This document shows positions 8,194 through 18,310 of a stretch of 64,000 nt of DNA, one piece after another. The position numbers and the translations under genes are program-made. How positions within the stretch are numbered: the stretch's first letter is position 1; every line of letters starts with the position of its first letter. Under the pieces are notes generated by a model. That model saw only the letters and a list, made by a program, of their open reading frames with translations, was not told the DNA's origin and did no database searches. Source of the stretch: Alphaproteobacteria bacterium (GTDB lineage Bacteria; Pseudomonadota; Alphaproteobacteria; UBA6615); NCBI GenBank assembly GCA_038131445.1, contig JAYPPL010000005.1, forward strand, positions 22,180 through 86,179. The letters run 5' to 3'.

Positions 8194-9579
8194 ATGGTTG
8201 CGACGGCCCGAAAGTATGGTGCAAATGCCTTTGCTATGCTTGTCGTGATTGGACTTGCCGTTCCGGGCGCTTCAGCGGATACGCTGGAAGATGCGCTCGC
8301 ATTTACCTATGAAACCAATCCCGATATCGCCGCGGCGCGCGCACAGCTGCGGAGTACCGACGAAGAGGTGCCCCAGGCGCTTTCGAATTGGCGCCCGAAT
8401 GTCGAGATCAACGGCTCCTATGGGTTCCGTAAACGCCAGCGCGATTTTGACACCGGAGTGCAGATCGAAAACACGGATCAGCCGCAGACGATCTCCCTCG
8501 ATGTTTCGCAAAATCTGTTTCGCGGATTCCGGACGGTTTCGGCAACCGACCGAGCCCGCAATCTGGTTGCCGCCGGCCGGGCCAACCTAATCACGCGTGA
8601 ACAGACCGTGCTCCTGCAGGGTGTGAAGGCCTACATGAATGTTTTGCGTGATCGGGCGATCCTGGATCTGCGGCGCAACAACGTGCGCGTTCTGCGTCAG
8701 CAGCAGCAGGCCACGCGCGACCGATTCGATGTGGGTGAACTCACACGGACCGATGTGGCGCAGGCCGACAGCCGCCTGGCCACGGGGGTCGCCGATGAAA
8801 CGCGAGCGGAGGGCACACTGAACAGTTCCATCGCTGATTATGTCGAGGTGATCGGCACCGAACCTGGCACGCTTGAGGCGCCGGCGCTGCCGCAGGGGCT
8901 TCCGATCAGCGTGGAAGAAGCTGTGGAACTCGCCCGCACCAAAAATCCTGATGTGGTTGCCGCCGACTTCACCGAGCGGGCGGCGCGTGATTTCATAGAG
9001 GTGAATTCGGGCCAGTTGCTGCCAGTCCTGACTTTGAATGGCAAGCTCCAAGAAAACCGGGACATCTTTGGCGCGGATACGGATACGTCTGAGCAATCCG
9101 TCACCCTCAATCTGAAGGTGCCGCTGTACCAGTCTGGTGAAGTCTATTCACGCACGCGCAAAGCCAAGCAGGTCGCCAATCAGCGCATGCTCGAGTTTGC
9201 AGAGAGCTCCCGCCAGGCACAGGAAACGGCGCGCACCAGCTGGGCTGACCTGAATTCCGTACGGGCGCTGATTACTTCGCTTCAGGCCAGCGTCGCTGCT
9301 CAGGAAATCGCGTATGAGGGCGTCCAGCAGGAAGCGCAGGTCGGTTCGCGGACGGTTCTCGATGTTCTCGACGCCGAGCAGGAACTGCTCGACGCGCGGG
9401 TGAGTCTCGTCGAGGCACAGCGTGACCTGATCGTCGCAGGCTATCAGCTTCTATCCTCGACGGGCCGGCTTACCGCCCTGGACCTGGGTCTGCCGGTGCA
9501 GCTTTACAATGCGGTTCGGAACTACGAGGAAGTCGAAGATAAAATCTTCGGCACCGATATTCTGGACGAAAAGCGCTAA
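8194..9579 (+). CDS. tolC: TolC family outer-membrane efflux protein
   Basis: 461 aa with a signal peptide (AVPGASA|DT). Shows the duplicated OEP repeat pattern: LEDALAFTYETNPDIAAARA and VEEAVELARTKNPDVVAA. Confidence 0.9.
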   Translation: MVATARKYGANAFAMLVVIGLAVPGASADTLEDALAFTYETNPDIAAARAQLRSTDEEVPQALSNWRPNVEINGSYGFRKRQRDFDTGVQIENTDQPQTISLDVSQNLFRGFRTVSATDRARNLVAAGRANLITREQTVLLQGVKAYMNVLRDRAILDLRRNNVRVLRQQQQATRDRFDVGELTRTDVAQADSRLATGVADETRAEGTLNSSIADYVEVIGTEPGTLEAPALPQGLPISVEEAVELARTKNPDVVAADFTERAARDFIEVNSGQLLPVLTLNGKLQENRDIFGADTDTSEQSVTLNLKVPLYQSGEVYSRTRKAKQVANQRMLEFAESSRQAQETARTSWADLNSVRALITSLQASVAAQEIAYEGVQQEAQVGSRTVLDVLDAEQELLDARVSLVEAQRDLIVAGYQLLSSTGRLTALDLGLPVQLYNAVRNYEEVEDKIFGTDILDEKR

Positions 9580-9696
9580 GACGCACGCCTGCAGCATCGC
9601 GGAGTTCCGAGTTCATGTAATTTTACTCGTTTGGACTCGCCACCAATTACGGTTTCCGTTTAGGCTCTCGTAACTATTTTCGACGGTTATGCACAA

Positions 9697-10095
9697 ATGA
9701 GTGAAAAGAACGCCGATCAGCAAGAACCTTCAATAGAGGAAATCCTCGCGTCGGTCCGCCGGATCATTTCGGAGGACGAAGCGGACGAGGATATTCTCGA
9801 ACTGACCGAGGCGCTCGATGAAGAGCCCGAACCTGAGCGCGAGCCTGAAGAGGTGGAGGATGACCGACTGGTTTCCGATGAGGTTGAGGAAGTGAGTGCG
9901 GCGTCGATTTCTGGATTGACGGCGGCGCTCGCCGCGTCGGCTCGTCTGGGTGACGGCGACAAGACACTGGAACAGCTCGTTAAGGAAGTGCTTCGCCCCA
10001 TTCTCAAGGAATGGCTCGAGGCCAATCTCTCCGAGATAGTCGAGCGCATTGTGCGCGACGAAGTCGAGCGGATCTCCAGCCGCGTCAAGAAATAG
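9697..10095 (+). CDS. DUF2497 domain protein (PopZ-like polar organising protein)
   Basis: 132 aa. Conserved N-terminal EPSIEEILASVRRIISEDE, an acidic linker, and C-terminal LEQLVKEVLRPILKEWLEANLSEIVERIVRDEVERI, as in PopZ/DUF2497. Confidence 0.75.
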   Translation: MSEKNADQQEPSIEEILASVRRIISEDEADEDILELTEALDEEPEPEREPEEVEDDRLVSDEVEEVSAASISGLTAALAASARLGDGDKTLEQLVKEVLRPILKEWLEANLSEIVERIVRDEVERISSRVKK

Positions 10096-10199
10096 CGCGC
10101 GCCTCGCTTTCAAGCTTTGGGAACGTTTGGGGGTAGCCGTCGCGGGCCCGCTTCGCTAAACACCTGCGCTCGAAACCCTTGAAACATCCGGCTCCGCCC

Positions 10200-12953
10200 A
10201 TGGCCACTTTGGAAAAGACCTACTCGCCCGCTGATATCGAGGGGCGGCTTTACGACCGCTGGGAAAACGCTGATGCGTTCGCCTGCGGGCGTACTCAGAA
10301 TGCCAGCTACACCATCGTCATTCCCCCGCCGAACGTCACCGGCAGTCTGCACATGGGCCATGCCCTCAACAACACGTTGCAGGACCTGTTGATCCGCTGG
10401 AAGCGGATGCAGGGTTTTGACGTGCTGTGGCAGCCGGGCCTCGATCATGCGGGTATTGCGACGCAGATGGTCGTGGAGCGTCGGCTGGGTGAAGCCGGGA
10501 TCTTGCTCGACCGGGGGCGCCGCCTGGATGACCGCAACGAAAACCTGATTGGCCGCGAAGACTTCATCTCCAAGGTTTGGGAATGGAAGGGTGAGTCCGG
10601 AGGGACTATCATCCACCAGCTCAAGCGCCTCGGTGCGTCATGTGACTGGTCGCGTGAACGCTTCACCATGGACGAGGGGCTGTCGCGCGCTGTTCTGAAG
10701 GTGTTCGTGGACCTGCATCGTCAAGGTCTGATCTATAAGGACAAACGCCTTGTAAACTGGGATCCGATGCTGCACACCGCGATTTCCGATCTGGAGGTGG
10801 TGCAGAAGGAGACCGACGGGAACCTTTGGTTCTTCAAATATCCCATCGAGGGTGAAGCGGGCCGTTTTATCACCGTGGCGACGACCCGCCCCGAGACAAT
10901 GCTAGGAGATACCGGCGTTGCGGTGCACCCTGAGGACGAGCGCTGGGCGGACGTGATCGGCAAGAACGCGATCCTGCCGATAGTGGGCCGCAAAATCAGG
11001 ATTGTTTCCGACGAATATGCCGATCCTGAGCAGGGTTCCGGTGCGGTGAAGATCACGCCTGCGCATGACTTCAATGACTTTGAGGTGGGCAAGCGCTGCG
11101 ATCTCGGCCAGATAAATGTGTTGGATGCGTCGGCCAGCATCGTTATTGACACCGAAGAGTTCCGCTTGGACACGGTGACTAGCGAATGGGGCGATCCCGA
11201 TTCCGCCATCGCGAAGTACAACGGGATGGAACGCTTCGAGGCTCGCAAGGCCATCGTGGCCGACATGGAAGCGCGCGGTCTTCTGGACAGTATCGAACCG
11301 CACAAGCACACGGTACCCTACGGCGACCGTTCCGACGTAGTTATTGAACCCTGGCTGACCGACCAGTGGTATGTAGACGCCGCAACCCTCGCCAAACCGG
11401 CAGTGGAGGCTGTGGAGAGACGCGAGACGCGCTTCGTGCCCGAAAACTGGTCGAAGACCTATTTCGAGTGGCTGCGGAACATCCAGCCTTGGTGTATCTC
11501 CCGCCAGCTCTGGTGGGGTCATCAGATTCCGGCATGGTACGGCCCAGACCACGAGGTGTTCGTCGCGGAAAGCGAAGAATCTGCTCACGAGGCTGCCAAG
11601 GCCCATTACGGCAAGGACGTGGAGCTGGTGCGTGACGAGGACGTACTCGACACCTGGTTCTCTTCGGCGCTGTGGCCGTTCTCCACTCTCGGCTGGCCCG
11701 ACGAGGCACCCGAAGTGGCGCGCTATTACCCAACCAGCGTGCTGGTTACGGGTTTCGACATCATCTTCTTCTGGGTTGCCCGGATGATGATGATGGGGCT
11801 GCACTTTATGAAAGACCCGGACGGCAAGGGGCAGGTGCCGTTCTCCGACGTGTACATTCACGCCCTGGTCCGCGACGAGAAGGGCCAAAAGATGTCCAAG
11901 TCGAAGGGCAACGTGATGGACCCGCTAGAACTCATCGACGAGTTCGGGGCTGACGCGCTGCGCTTCACCCTGACGGCCATGGCTGCCATGGGCCGTGATA
12001 TCAAGCTTGCCACGTCGCGGGTGCAGGGCTACAGAAACTTCGGCACCAAGCTTTGGAACGCCGCGCGCTTCTGTCAGATGAACGAATGCGCCGCCCCGGC
12101 GGACTTCGACCCGGCATCGTTGGACCTCACGCTCAACAAGTGGATTGCGGGCGGTGTCGCGGAGACGGCAGCAACCGTGAATAGGGCGCTGGAGGAGTAC
12201 AAGTTCGACCAAGCTGCAGGCGCGATCTACCAGTTCACCTGGCATACCTTCTGCGATTGGTATGTGGAGTTCGCCAAGCCGGTCCTGCAGGGCGACGACG
12301 AGGTCGCCAAGGCCGAGACCCGCGCGACGGCGGGCTGGGTGCTTCAGAACATCCTGAAGATCCTCCACCCGTTCATGCCGTTCATCACAGAAGAACTCTG
12401 GGGGAGCTTTGGCGATGGCTCCGATTTTCTTATGCACGCAGCATGGCCGGCCGACGACATTGCGCCGGTGGACGAGGGTGCGAAGGCGGAACTCGACTGG
12501 GTGGTGCGCGTCATCACAGAGGTGCGCACGGTGCGTAACGAGCTCAACGTGCCGGCGGGTGCCAAGATCCCGGCCATCCTCAACGGAGCGACTGAACAAA
12601 CCATGGCGCGGCTTGATCGGAACCGTGACCAGGTGCTGCGGCTCGCCCGTCTTGATAACATTTCTCTTAATTGCGATGTGCCGTCTGGTGCGGTCCAGAC
12701 CGTGATTGACGAGGCGAGCGTGATCCTGCCGCTGGCGGACGTCATCGATCTGGAGGCTGAGCGCGCGCGCCTGTCGAAAGAGATCGAGAAGCTCGATAAG
12801 GAAATCATCGGATACGATAAGAAGCTCGCGAACGAGAACTTCACTTCGCGGGCCCCGGAAGAGGTAGTTGAGGAACAGCGCGAACGCCGTGCCGACGCCG
12901 TCGAGACTAAGACCAAGCTGGAAAGCGCACTGGAACGCCTGAAGGCGGCGTAA
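10200..12953 (+). CDS. valS: valine--tRNA ligase
   Basis: Class I HIGH (PNVTGSLHMGHA) and KMSKS motifs plus a C-terminal coiled coil. The ORF track starts at TTG 10179; ATG 10200 (MATLEKTYSP...) is the more likely start. Confidence 0.97.
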   Translation: MATLEKTYSPADIEGRLYDRWENADAFACGRTQNASYTIVIPPPNVTGSLHMGHALNNTLQDLLIRWKRMQGFDVLWQPGLDHAGIATQMVVERRLGEAGILLDRGRRLDDRNENLIGREDFISKVWEWKGESGGTIIHQLKRLGASCDWSRERFTMDEGLSRAVLKVFVDLHRQGLIYKDKRLVNWDPMLHTAISDLEVVQKETDGNLWFFKYPIEGEAGRFITVATTRPETMLGDTGVAVHPEDERWADVIGKNAILPIVGRKIRIVSDEYADPEQGSGAVKITPAHDFNDFEVGKRCDLGQINVLDASASIVIDTEEFRLDTVTSEWGDPDSAIAKYNGMERFEARKAIVADMEARGLLDSIEPHKHTVPYGDRSDVVIEPWLTDQWYVDAATLAKPAVEAVERRETRFVPENWSKTYFEWLRNIQPWCISRQLWWGHQIPAWYGPDHEVFVAESEESAHEAAKAHYGKDVELVRDEDVLDTWFSSALWPFSTLGWPDEAPEVARYYPTSVLVTGFDIIFFWVARMMMMGLHFMKDPDGKGQVPFSDVYIHALVRDEKGQKMSKSKGNVMDPLELIDEFGADALRFTLTAMAAMGRDIKLATSRVQGYRNFGTKLWNAARFCQMNECAAPADFDPASLDLTLNKWIAGGVAETAATVNRALEEYKFDQAAGAIYQFTWHTFCDWYVEFAKPVLQGDDEVAKAETRATAGWVLQNILKILHPFMPFITEELWGSFGDGSDFLMHAAWPADDIAPVDEGAKAELDWVVRVITEVRTVRNELNVPAGAKIPAILNGATEQTMARLDRNRDQVLRLARLDNISLNCDVPSGAVQTVIDEASVILPLADVIDLEAERARLSKEIEKLDKEIIGYDKKLANENFTSRAPEEVVEEQRERRADAVETKTKLESALERLKAA

Positions 12954-13170
12954 TACATTTTTCTCTTCCGCTTGCTGATGTAGTTCGGCTGGGGGCCTCG
13001 ACAATCACAAGGTTCCGGCTACGGAGTTCGGTCTCCCGTAACCACAGTTCGTGATCTCTGCGTAGGCAGGGACCCATTCGTTCAGGCGGTTGCCAAGTCA
13101 GGCGCCGATGATAATGGACTCCTGCCTTCGTAAGGGGGATGACCGAGTGCGATGCCGGGGTGACGCGTGT

Positions 13171-13228
13171 CGGTTTTCGGGAGTATTCTCCGCGCCTACA
13201 CAAACTTATTGGAACCCGGTTTTCGGGA
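13171..13228 (+). promoter_or_regulatory. exact 12-nt direct repeat CGGTTTTCGGGA (13171-13182 and 13217-13228) upstream of ilvD
   Basis: Read directly from the sequence. The copies start 46 nt apart, and the proximal copy ends 14 nt before the ilvD ATG. Function is unknown. Confidence 0.25.
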
Positions 13229-13242
13229 AAGGGGACTTCAGC

Positions 13243-14979
13243 ATGGGGGGAAACACACCGGGCGGCGAGTGGGACAAATCCTTACTACCCAGCCGCCACG
13301 TTTCGGTCGGTAACACCTCGGCGCCCCATCGCGCATTCTATTACGCGATGGGTATGACGGAAGAAGAGATCAAGCAGCCTTTCGTCGGCGTCGTGACCAC
13401 CTGGAACGAGGCCGCGCCCTGCAACATCGCGTTGTCTCGCCAGGCCCAGGCGGCCAAGGCTGGTGTGCGCGAAGCCGGTGGCACACCACGCGAGTTCACC
13501 ACTATCACCGTGACCGACGGTATCGCCATGGGCCATGATGGCATGCGCTCGTCACTTGTCAGCCGCGAAGTTATCGCGGATTCGACAGAGCTTACCGTAC
13601 GGGGCCATTCCTATGATGCGCTGGTCGGGCTAGCGGGCTGCGACAAGTCGCTGCCGGGCCTAATGATGGCGATGCTGCGCCTCAATATCCCGTCCGTGTT
13701 CATGTATGGCGGCTCGATCCTGCCGGGCCATTTCAAGGGCAAGGATGTCACTATCATCGACGTGTTCGAGGGTGTTGGCGCCAATGCCGCGGGTAATATG
13801 TCCGATGCGGATCTGAAGGAGCTGGAATGCGTGGCCTGCCCGTCGGCAGGTGCGTGCGGCGGCCAATTCACGGCTAACACCATGGCCTGCGTTTCCGAGG
13901 CGATCGGCCTGGCTTTGCCGCATTCAGCGGGCGCACCGGCAGTCTATGAGAACCGCGACCAGTATGCGGCGGCGAGCGGCCAAGCGGTTATGGAATTAGT
14001 GAAGGCCCAGCTTCGTCCGCGCGACATCGCGACCCGCAAGGCATTCGAGAATGCGGCGGCCATCGTGGCTGCGACCGGCGGCTCTACCAATGCCGGCTTG
14101 CACCTTCCGGCTATGGCTGCGGAAGCCGGGATCAATTTCGACCTGATGGATGTATGCGAGATCTTCCGCAGGACGCCGTATATCGCCGACCTGAAGCCGG
14201 GCGGCCGTTACGTTGCGAAGGACTTGTTTGAGGTCGGCGGAGTCGGAATTGTTATCAAGGAACTGCTCGACGGCGGGTTTATGCACGCTGACTGCATAAC
14301 CGTGACCGGCAAGACCATCGGAGAGAATTACGGCGGCGTCGATTTCCCGACTGGGCAGGACGTGGTCCGCAAGATCGACAACCCGATCTCGAAGACCGGC
14401 GGTGTTGTTGGCCTGATGGGCAACCTCGCCCCGCAGGGCGCGATCGTGAAGATCGCGGGCCTCGCCAACCTCAAGTTCACCGGTCCGGCGCGCGTGTTCG
14501 AGCGCGAAGAGGATTGTCTCCAGGCCGTGCTGAACAAGGAGTATGAGGAAGGCGACGTTTTGGTTATTCGCAACGAGGGGCCTAAGGGCGGACCTGGCAT
14601 GCGCGAAATGCTCTCCACTACGGGTGCGCTTTACGGTCAGGGCATGGGCGACAAGGTGGCACTAATAACTGATGGGCGTTTCTCGGGTGGCACGCGCGGC
14701 TTTTGCATCGGCCATGTCGGCCCGGAGGCTGCGGTCGGTGGACCCATCGGCCTGCTCCAGACTGGTGACATAATCACGATCGATGCTGAGAACGGCACGC
14801 TGGATGTGGAACTGTCAGACAAGGAGTTGGATGAGCGCCGCGCGAAGTGGCAGCCTTTAAAGACCAATTATCAGTCTGGCACTCTTTGGAAATATGCCCA
14901 AACGGTTGGCGATGCGCGCTACGGCGCGACGACCCATCCTGGTGCCCAGGCGGAAACACACGTTTACGCAGATCTGTAA
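13243..14979 (+). CDS. ilvD: dihydroxy-acid dehydratase (IlvD/Edd family, about 578-aa form)
   Basis: [11 protein letters not shown] and [15 protein letters not shown] Fe-S/active-site regions. Start chosen at ATG 13243 (MGGNTPGG...) behind AAAGGGGA; the listed ORF start at 13090 is an upstream extension. Confidence 0.93.
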   Translation: MGGNTPGGEWDKSLLPSRHVSVGNTSAPHRAFYYAMGMTEEEIKQPFVGVVTTWNEAAPCNIALSRQAQAAKAGVREAGGTPREFTTITVTDGIAMGHDGMRSSLVSREVIADSTELTVRGHSYDALVGLAGCDKSLPGLMMAMLRLNIPSVFMYGGSILPGHFKGKDVTIIDVFEGVGANAAGNMSDADLKELECVACPSAGACGGQFTANTMACVSEAIGLALPHSAGAPAVYENRDQYAAASGQAVMELVKAQLRPRDIATRKAFENAAAIVAATGGSTNAGLHLPAMAAEAGINFDLMDVCEIFRRTPYIADLKPGGRYVAKDLFEVGGVGIVIKELLDGGFMHADCITVTGKTIGENYGGVDFPTGQDVVRKIDNPISKTGGVVGLMGNLAPQGAIVKIAGLANLKFTGPARVFEREEDCLQAVLNKEYEEGDVLVIRNEGPKGGPGMREMLSTTGALYGQGMGDKVALITDGRFSGGTRGFCIGHVGPEAAVGGPIGLLQTGDIITIDAENGTLDVELSDKELDERRAKWQPLKTNYQSGTLWKYAQTVGDARYGATTHPGAQAETHVYADL

Positions 14980-15266
14980 TCTCGAGAGGTATCCTTCCCG
15001 GAGAGGGGAAAGGCCTGTTTCAGGAATTGTTGTTTGGGACCATGCTCGCCTTACCTTTAGGAGATGATGGTCGCGCGTCTTGTCAGCCATGTCCGGCAGG
15101 GCTGGATCGCATACGAATGTGTTAGTTTAATCGAAGGTTTTGCAAATGTGTGAGCCGAACACCTCCCGAAACCCAAGGGTTCGGAAAACCGCCTCCGCGC
15201 CTGGTTGATTGAATTTTGCCTTCAATAAGCGGGTGGATGAGACGGCGTAGTTAAATTACGAAACGG

Positions 15267-15590
15267 CTACTGCACCGAGGATTTCTTAGTCGGGATAAGG
15301 CGCTGGACCTGTATCTTTTCCCGGTCAATCAGTTTGCCGACGGTGGGCGAGATATTTTCTTGCCATTCTTCGCTCTGGTAGACCGCCTTGTACAGCCGCT
15401 CGCGCTCTTTCTCGGTGTTGAACCGGCGCATCCAGATGTACACCGAGCTGTCGGTCTCGTGTTTGAACGAGCCGGTGATCACCATGCCCTTGGAGACCTG
15501 GAAGGGAATGATGACCTCTTCCATGAACTTCAGCCATTCGTCCATTTTGCCGCGGCGTATGTGGTATTGCCGCAATTCGTAAAACGCCAT
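15267..15590 (-). CDS. NIPSNAP family protein
   Basis: 107-aa single-domain protein (MAFYELRQYHIRRGKMDEWLKFM...YIWMRRFNTEKERERLY), the typical NIPSNAP ferredoxin-like fold signature. Confidence 0.8.
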   Translation of the reverse strand: MAFYELRQYHIRRGKMDEWLKFMEEVIIPFQVSKGMVITGSFKHETDSSVYIWMRRFNTEKERERLYKAVYQSEEWQENISPTVGKLIDREKIQVQRLIPTKKSSVQ

Positions 15591-15631
15591 TCTCTCGTTT
15601 CCCCCTTTGGAGATTCTGATTTAAGTCCGGA

Positions 15632-16708
15632 TCAGTTGTCTTCTTCGCTGACGGTGACGTCGCTCTCGCCGCTTACCTGCAGCTTGCCGTAATGTGTATA
15701 GGACCGCTTCATGTACCAGTCGAAATATTCCCAGTAGGACATCGGTTCCTCGCGCGGCGGATTGTCCGGTCCGACGCAGGTCGGGATGCAGTTGCCGGGC
15801 GTATCGAAGCTCGGGTTCACGAAGCAGGCGAAGGAGTAGCGGTCGTTTTCTGCAGGGGGAACGACCCGGTGCGGGGTCGCCCGGAACCGCCAGTTCGTCC
15901 AGCGTTCCAAGAAATACCCCATGTTGACCATGATCGAGCCTTCTGGAATATCCGGGAAGAACCAGGTCTCGTCAGTGTCGAGGATTTGGATGCCTTCCTC
16001 ATTGGCCGGCGGCAGAAAGGTGTTGAACCCGGTGTCGCAATGGGCGTTTGAGCCGAGCTCGCCGTCCTCGAGATCGTTTTTGGGAGGGTATTTGGCGACC
16101 CGAAAGTATGTGTAGTGCTCGCGGAAATACGGTTCGAAGAAGTCCGCTGGCATCTCCAGCGAACGGGCCCAGACCGGCAGCAGCGATTTCCCCAGCGCCG
16201 AGATGCGCGCCATGTAGTTCTCCGCTGTCGCGCGGAAGCCGGGCACGACCTCTTCGGGCAGCCAGGGCGTGCGGCCGTAGAAGCGCTTGTCTGCAATGAC
16301 ACCCGGATGATCCTCGGGAAAGTCAGTCGCCAGCACCAGGCATTCGACGGTGTTCAGTTTCTTCGAGTTGTGGAACTTCGAATGGGTGGTCAGGCCACCG
16401 CGTGCCGGGACATAGCCCTTCTGATCGTGAGTGACGCGCACGGACATCTTGGTCTCGAGTGGAAGGTCGTGAAATTGTTTGGCCGCTTCATGCATCCCCT
16501 GTATCAGTTCCGATTCCAGCCCATGGTTCACGATGGCGAGAAAGCCAAGGTTCTCCCAAACGTCTCGCCAGGCCGGCGCGATCTCCTCCACTGCCGCGAT
16601 GTCCCCCATGCGGGCCTTGCCCACATCGATAACCGGCAGGGGGCGGTGCGGCGCCGCTCGGACAGTGCGTGCGAATTCGGATTCGGATATGTCGTGGACA
16701 AGTGACAT
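15632..16708 (-). CDS. 2-oxoglutarate/Fe(II)-dependent oxygenase (isopenicillin N synthase-like family)
   Basis: HxD...H facial triad (NAHCDTGFNTFL ... RATPHRVV) and RYSFACFVNP (2OG-binding Arg-x-Ser). Start at ATG 16708 behind GGGAGG. Confidence 0.85.
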   Translation of the reverse strand: MSLVHDISESEFARTVRAAPHRPLPVIDVGKARMGDIAAVEEIAPAWRDVWENLGFLAIVNHGLESELIQGMHEAAKQFHDLPLETKMSVRVTHDQKGYVPARGGLTTHSKFHNSKKLNTVECLVLATDFPEDHPGVIADKRFYGRTPWLPEEVVPGFRATAENYMARISALGKSLLPVWARSLEMPADFFEPYFREHYTYFRVAKYPPKNDLEDGELGSNAHCDTGFNTFLPPANEEGIQILDTDETWFFPDIPEGSIMVNMGYFLERWTNWRFRATPHRVVPPAENDRYSFACFVNPSFDTPGNCIPTCVGPDNPPREEPMSYWEYFDWYMKRSYTHYGKLQVSGESDVTVSEEDN

Positions 16709-16777
16709 GGCGACCTCCCGTTGACCCGCAACTATAGGGCGAGCAGACGGGAACACGCCACCATCATGCAACGCAAG

Positions 16778-17164
16778 CTACCCGCCCGTGATAACAGGTT
16801 CCGCGAAAAAATAGACGAAGGCTCCTATCAGCATCACGAGGTACAGAGGGGATAGTGCGCCGATAAAGGCCGGAACCATAATGCGCAGAAACCGGCTCTT
16901 TGGCCGAGTGTGATCGTAGGCACGGAAGGAGCACCGCAACACCGGGTAGGTCATGAAGACCAGGGTGAGGAGGCCGATGTTAGTGAACAGGCCTCGTAAG
17001 AACGCGGCGACCGGCGGCGGGTTTTCCGGCCATATCAGGAAGATGACCGCGCCGATACCGAAGATCCAGAAGCCAACGGCATAGGCTACGAGCGCAGATC
17101 GGAAGCCATGGTCACCGAGGTAGAGCTCAAGCAGGAAGCGCCAGCCACGCACAATGGTGTCCAT
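16778..17164 (-). CDS. hypothetical integral membrane protein, translationally coupled to xthA
   Basis: The ATG at 17164 lies 1 nt after the xthA TGA (TGAaATG). 128 aa with 3-4 hydrophobic segments. No recognised family. Confidence 0.6.
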   Translation of the reverse strand: MDTIVRGWRFLLELYLGDHGFRSALVAYAVGFWIFGIGAVIFLIWPENPPPVAAFLRGLFTNIGLLTLVFMTYPVLRCSFRAYDHTRPKSRFLRIMVPAFIGALSPLYLVMLIGAFVYFFAEPVITGG

Positions 17165-17165
17165 T

Positions 17166-17945
17166 TCAGGCGATCTCACACCAGACGGGCGTGTGGTCCG
17201 ATGCCTTCTGCTTGCCACGTGGACCCTTGTCGATCTCACATGCCGTCAGCCGGTCCGCGGCCTGGGGCGACAGCAGCAGGTGATCGATGCGGATGCCGTT
17301 GTCCTTCTGCCAGGCGCCGCCCTGATAGTCCCAGAAGGAATAGACATGGGTCTCGGTATGAAGCGAACGCCAGGCCTCGGTGTAACCGAGGTTCAGCAGG
17401 CTCCGAAACTTGGCTAGGGTCTCGGGCCGGAATAACGCGTCGTCGGCCCAGGCGCCGGGGTCGTGCACGTCACCTTCGGAGGGGATAACGTTGTAATCGC
17501 CGCCGAGTACGACAGTTTCCTCACTTTTCAGCAGGTCCGACGCATGGGCCGTGAGGCATTCCATCCAGCGCAGTTTGTAGTCGTACTTTTCCCCGGGTGC
17601 CGGGTTGCCATTGGGTAGGTAGATTGAGGCGACGCGCGCACCGCGATCACCGGCATCGACCCAGGCCTCGATATAACGGGCCTGATCGTCATCCGCGTTG
17701 CCTGGCAGGCCGCGCACCACGTCTGCCAGCGTATGCTTCGACAGGATCGCCACGCCGTTATAGCTCTTCTGGCCGTGGACGGCGCAGTTGTAGCCGCGTT
17801 CCTCGATCTCCATCGCCGGGAAGCCGTCATCGACGGTCTTGATCTCCTGCAACAGCGCGACGTCGGGCTTTGCGTCGTCGAGCCATTCGAGGACGTTGGG
17901 CAGGCGCGCCTTGATCGAGTTGACATTCCAGGTGGCGATTTTCAT
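17166..17945 (-). CDS. xthA: exodeoxyribonuclease III
   Basis: 259 aa. MKIATWNVNSIKARL, LQEIK, and C-terminal SDHTPVW are typical of the ExoIII/APE1 EEP nuclease family. Confidence 0.93.
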   Translation of the reverse strand: MKIATWNVNSIKARLPNVLEWLDDAKPDVALLQEIKTVDDGFPAMEIEERGYNCAVHGQKSYNGVAILSKHTLADVVRGLPGNADDDQARYIEAWVDAGDRGARVASIYLPNGNPAPGEKYDYKLRWMECLTAHASDLLKSEETVVLGGDYNVIPSEGDVHDPGAWADDALFRPETLAKFRSLLNLGYTEAWRSLHTETHVYSFWDYQGGAWQKDNGIRIDHLLLSPQAADRLTACEIDKGPRGKQKASDHTPVWCEIA

Positions 17946-18019
17946 GGGCTCGGACGCAGGAAAACGAAAGAGCGCGCAGTTTAGAGCGTCGCGCCCGACT
18001 TGCGAAGCGCCGGGGCGGA

Positions 18020-18310
18020 CTAGCGCCCGCCCTCAAGAAAATTGACGATCGAGGCGGTGACCTGGCTGTCGAGGGCGAGGTTTCCGCCGCCGCCGGCCAT
18101 CAGAACGATCACGCCGCGCGTGGGATTGCTCGTGTGGGCATGAATGAGGTCGTAGGACTGGGTCACACCGTCGCGCACGTGGAGGGTGATAAGCTCACCG
18201 CAGGCGTCTTCGGCATGAACCTTTTCGATGCCGACACCGAAGAGGGTCGAAAGAACTGTGAGGAAGGCCGTGAACCGCGTCTGAGAAAACGCCGCGGTCG
18301 CCACATGCAC
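18020..18310 (-). CDS. small hypothetical protein (possible truncated hydrolase-like remnant)
   Basis: 96-codon ORF with a GTG start abutting the erpA stop. Has a signal-peptide-like N-terminus. The GVIVLMAGGGGNLAL stretch resembles the start of an alpha/beta-fold protein, but the ORF ends soon after. Confidence 0.3.
   Translation of the reverse strand: MHVATAAFSQTRFTAFLTVLSTLFGVGIEKVHAEDACGELITLHVRDGVTQSYDLIHAHTSNPTRGVIVLMAGGGGNLALDSQVTASIVNFLEGGR

Noticed and set aside
9717-10113. Several antisense and off-frame ORFs covering the PopZ-like gene
   Set aside because: The GA-rich acidic coding sequence keeps multiple frames open. Only the plus-strand frame shows the conserved DUF2497 N- and C-terminal blocks.
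10902-13004. Two long minus-strand ORFs (328 and 359 aa)
   Set aside because: Both lie entirely antisense within valS. They have low-complexity Arg/His/Gly composition and no SD. Shadow ORFs.
12954-13242. Possibility that the valS-ilvD spacer encodes SRP RNA, 6S RNA or a known riboswitch
   Set aside because: I could not find the conserved SRP domain IV motif, a 6S-like long interrupted helix, or any riboswitch core I recognise. Only the 12-nt direct repeat is reported.
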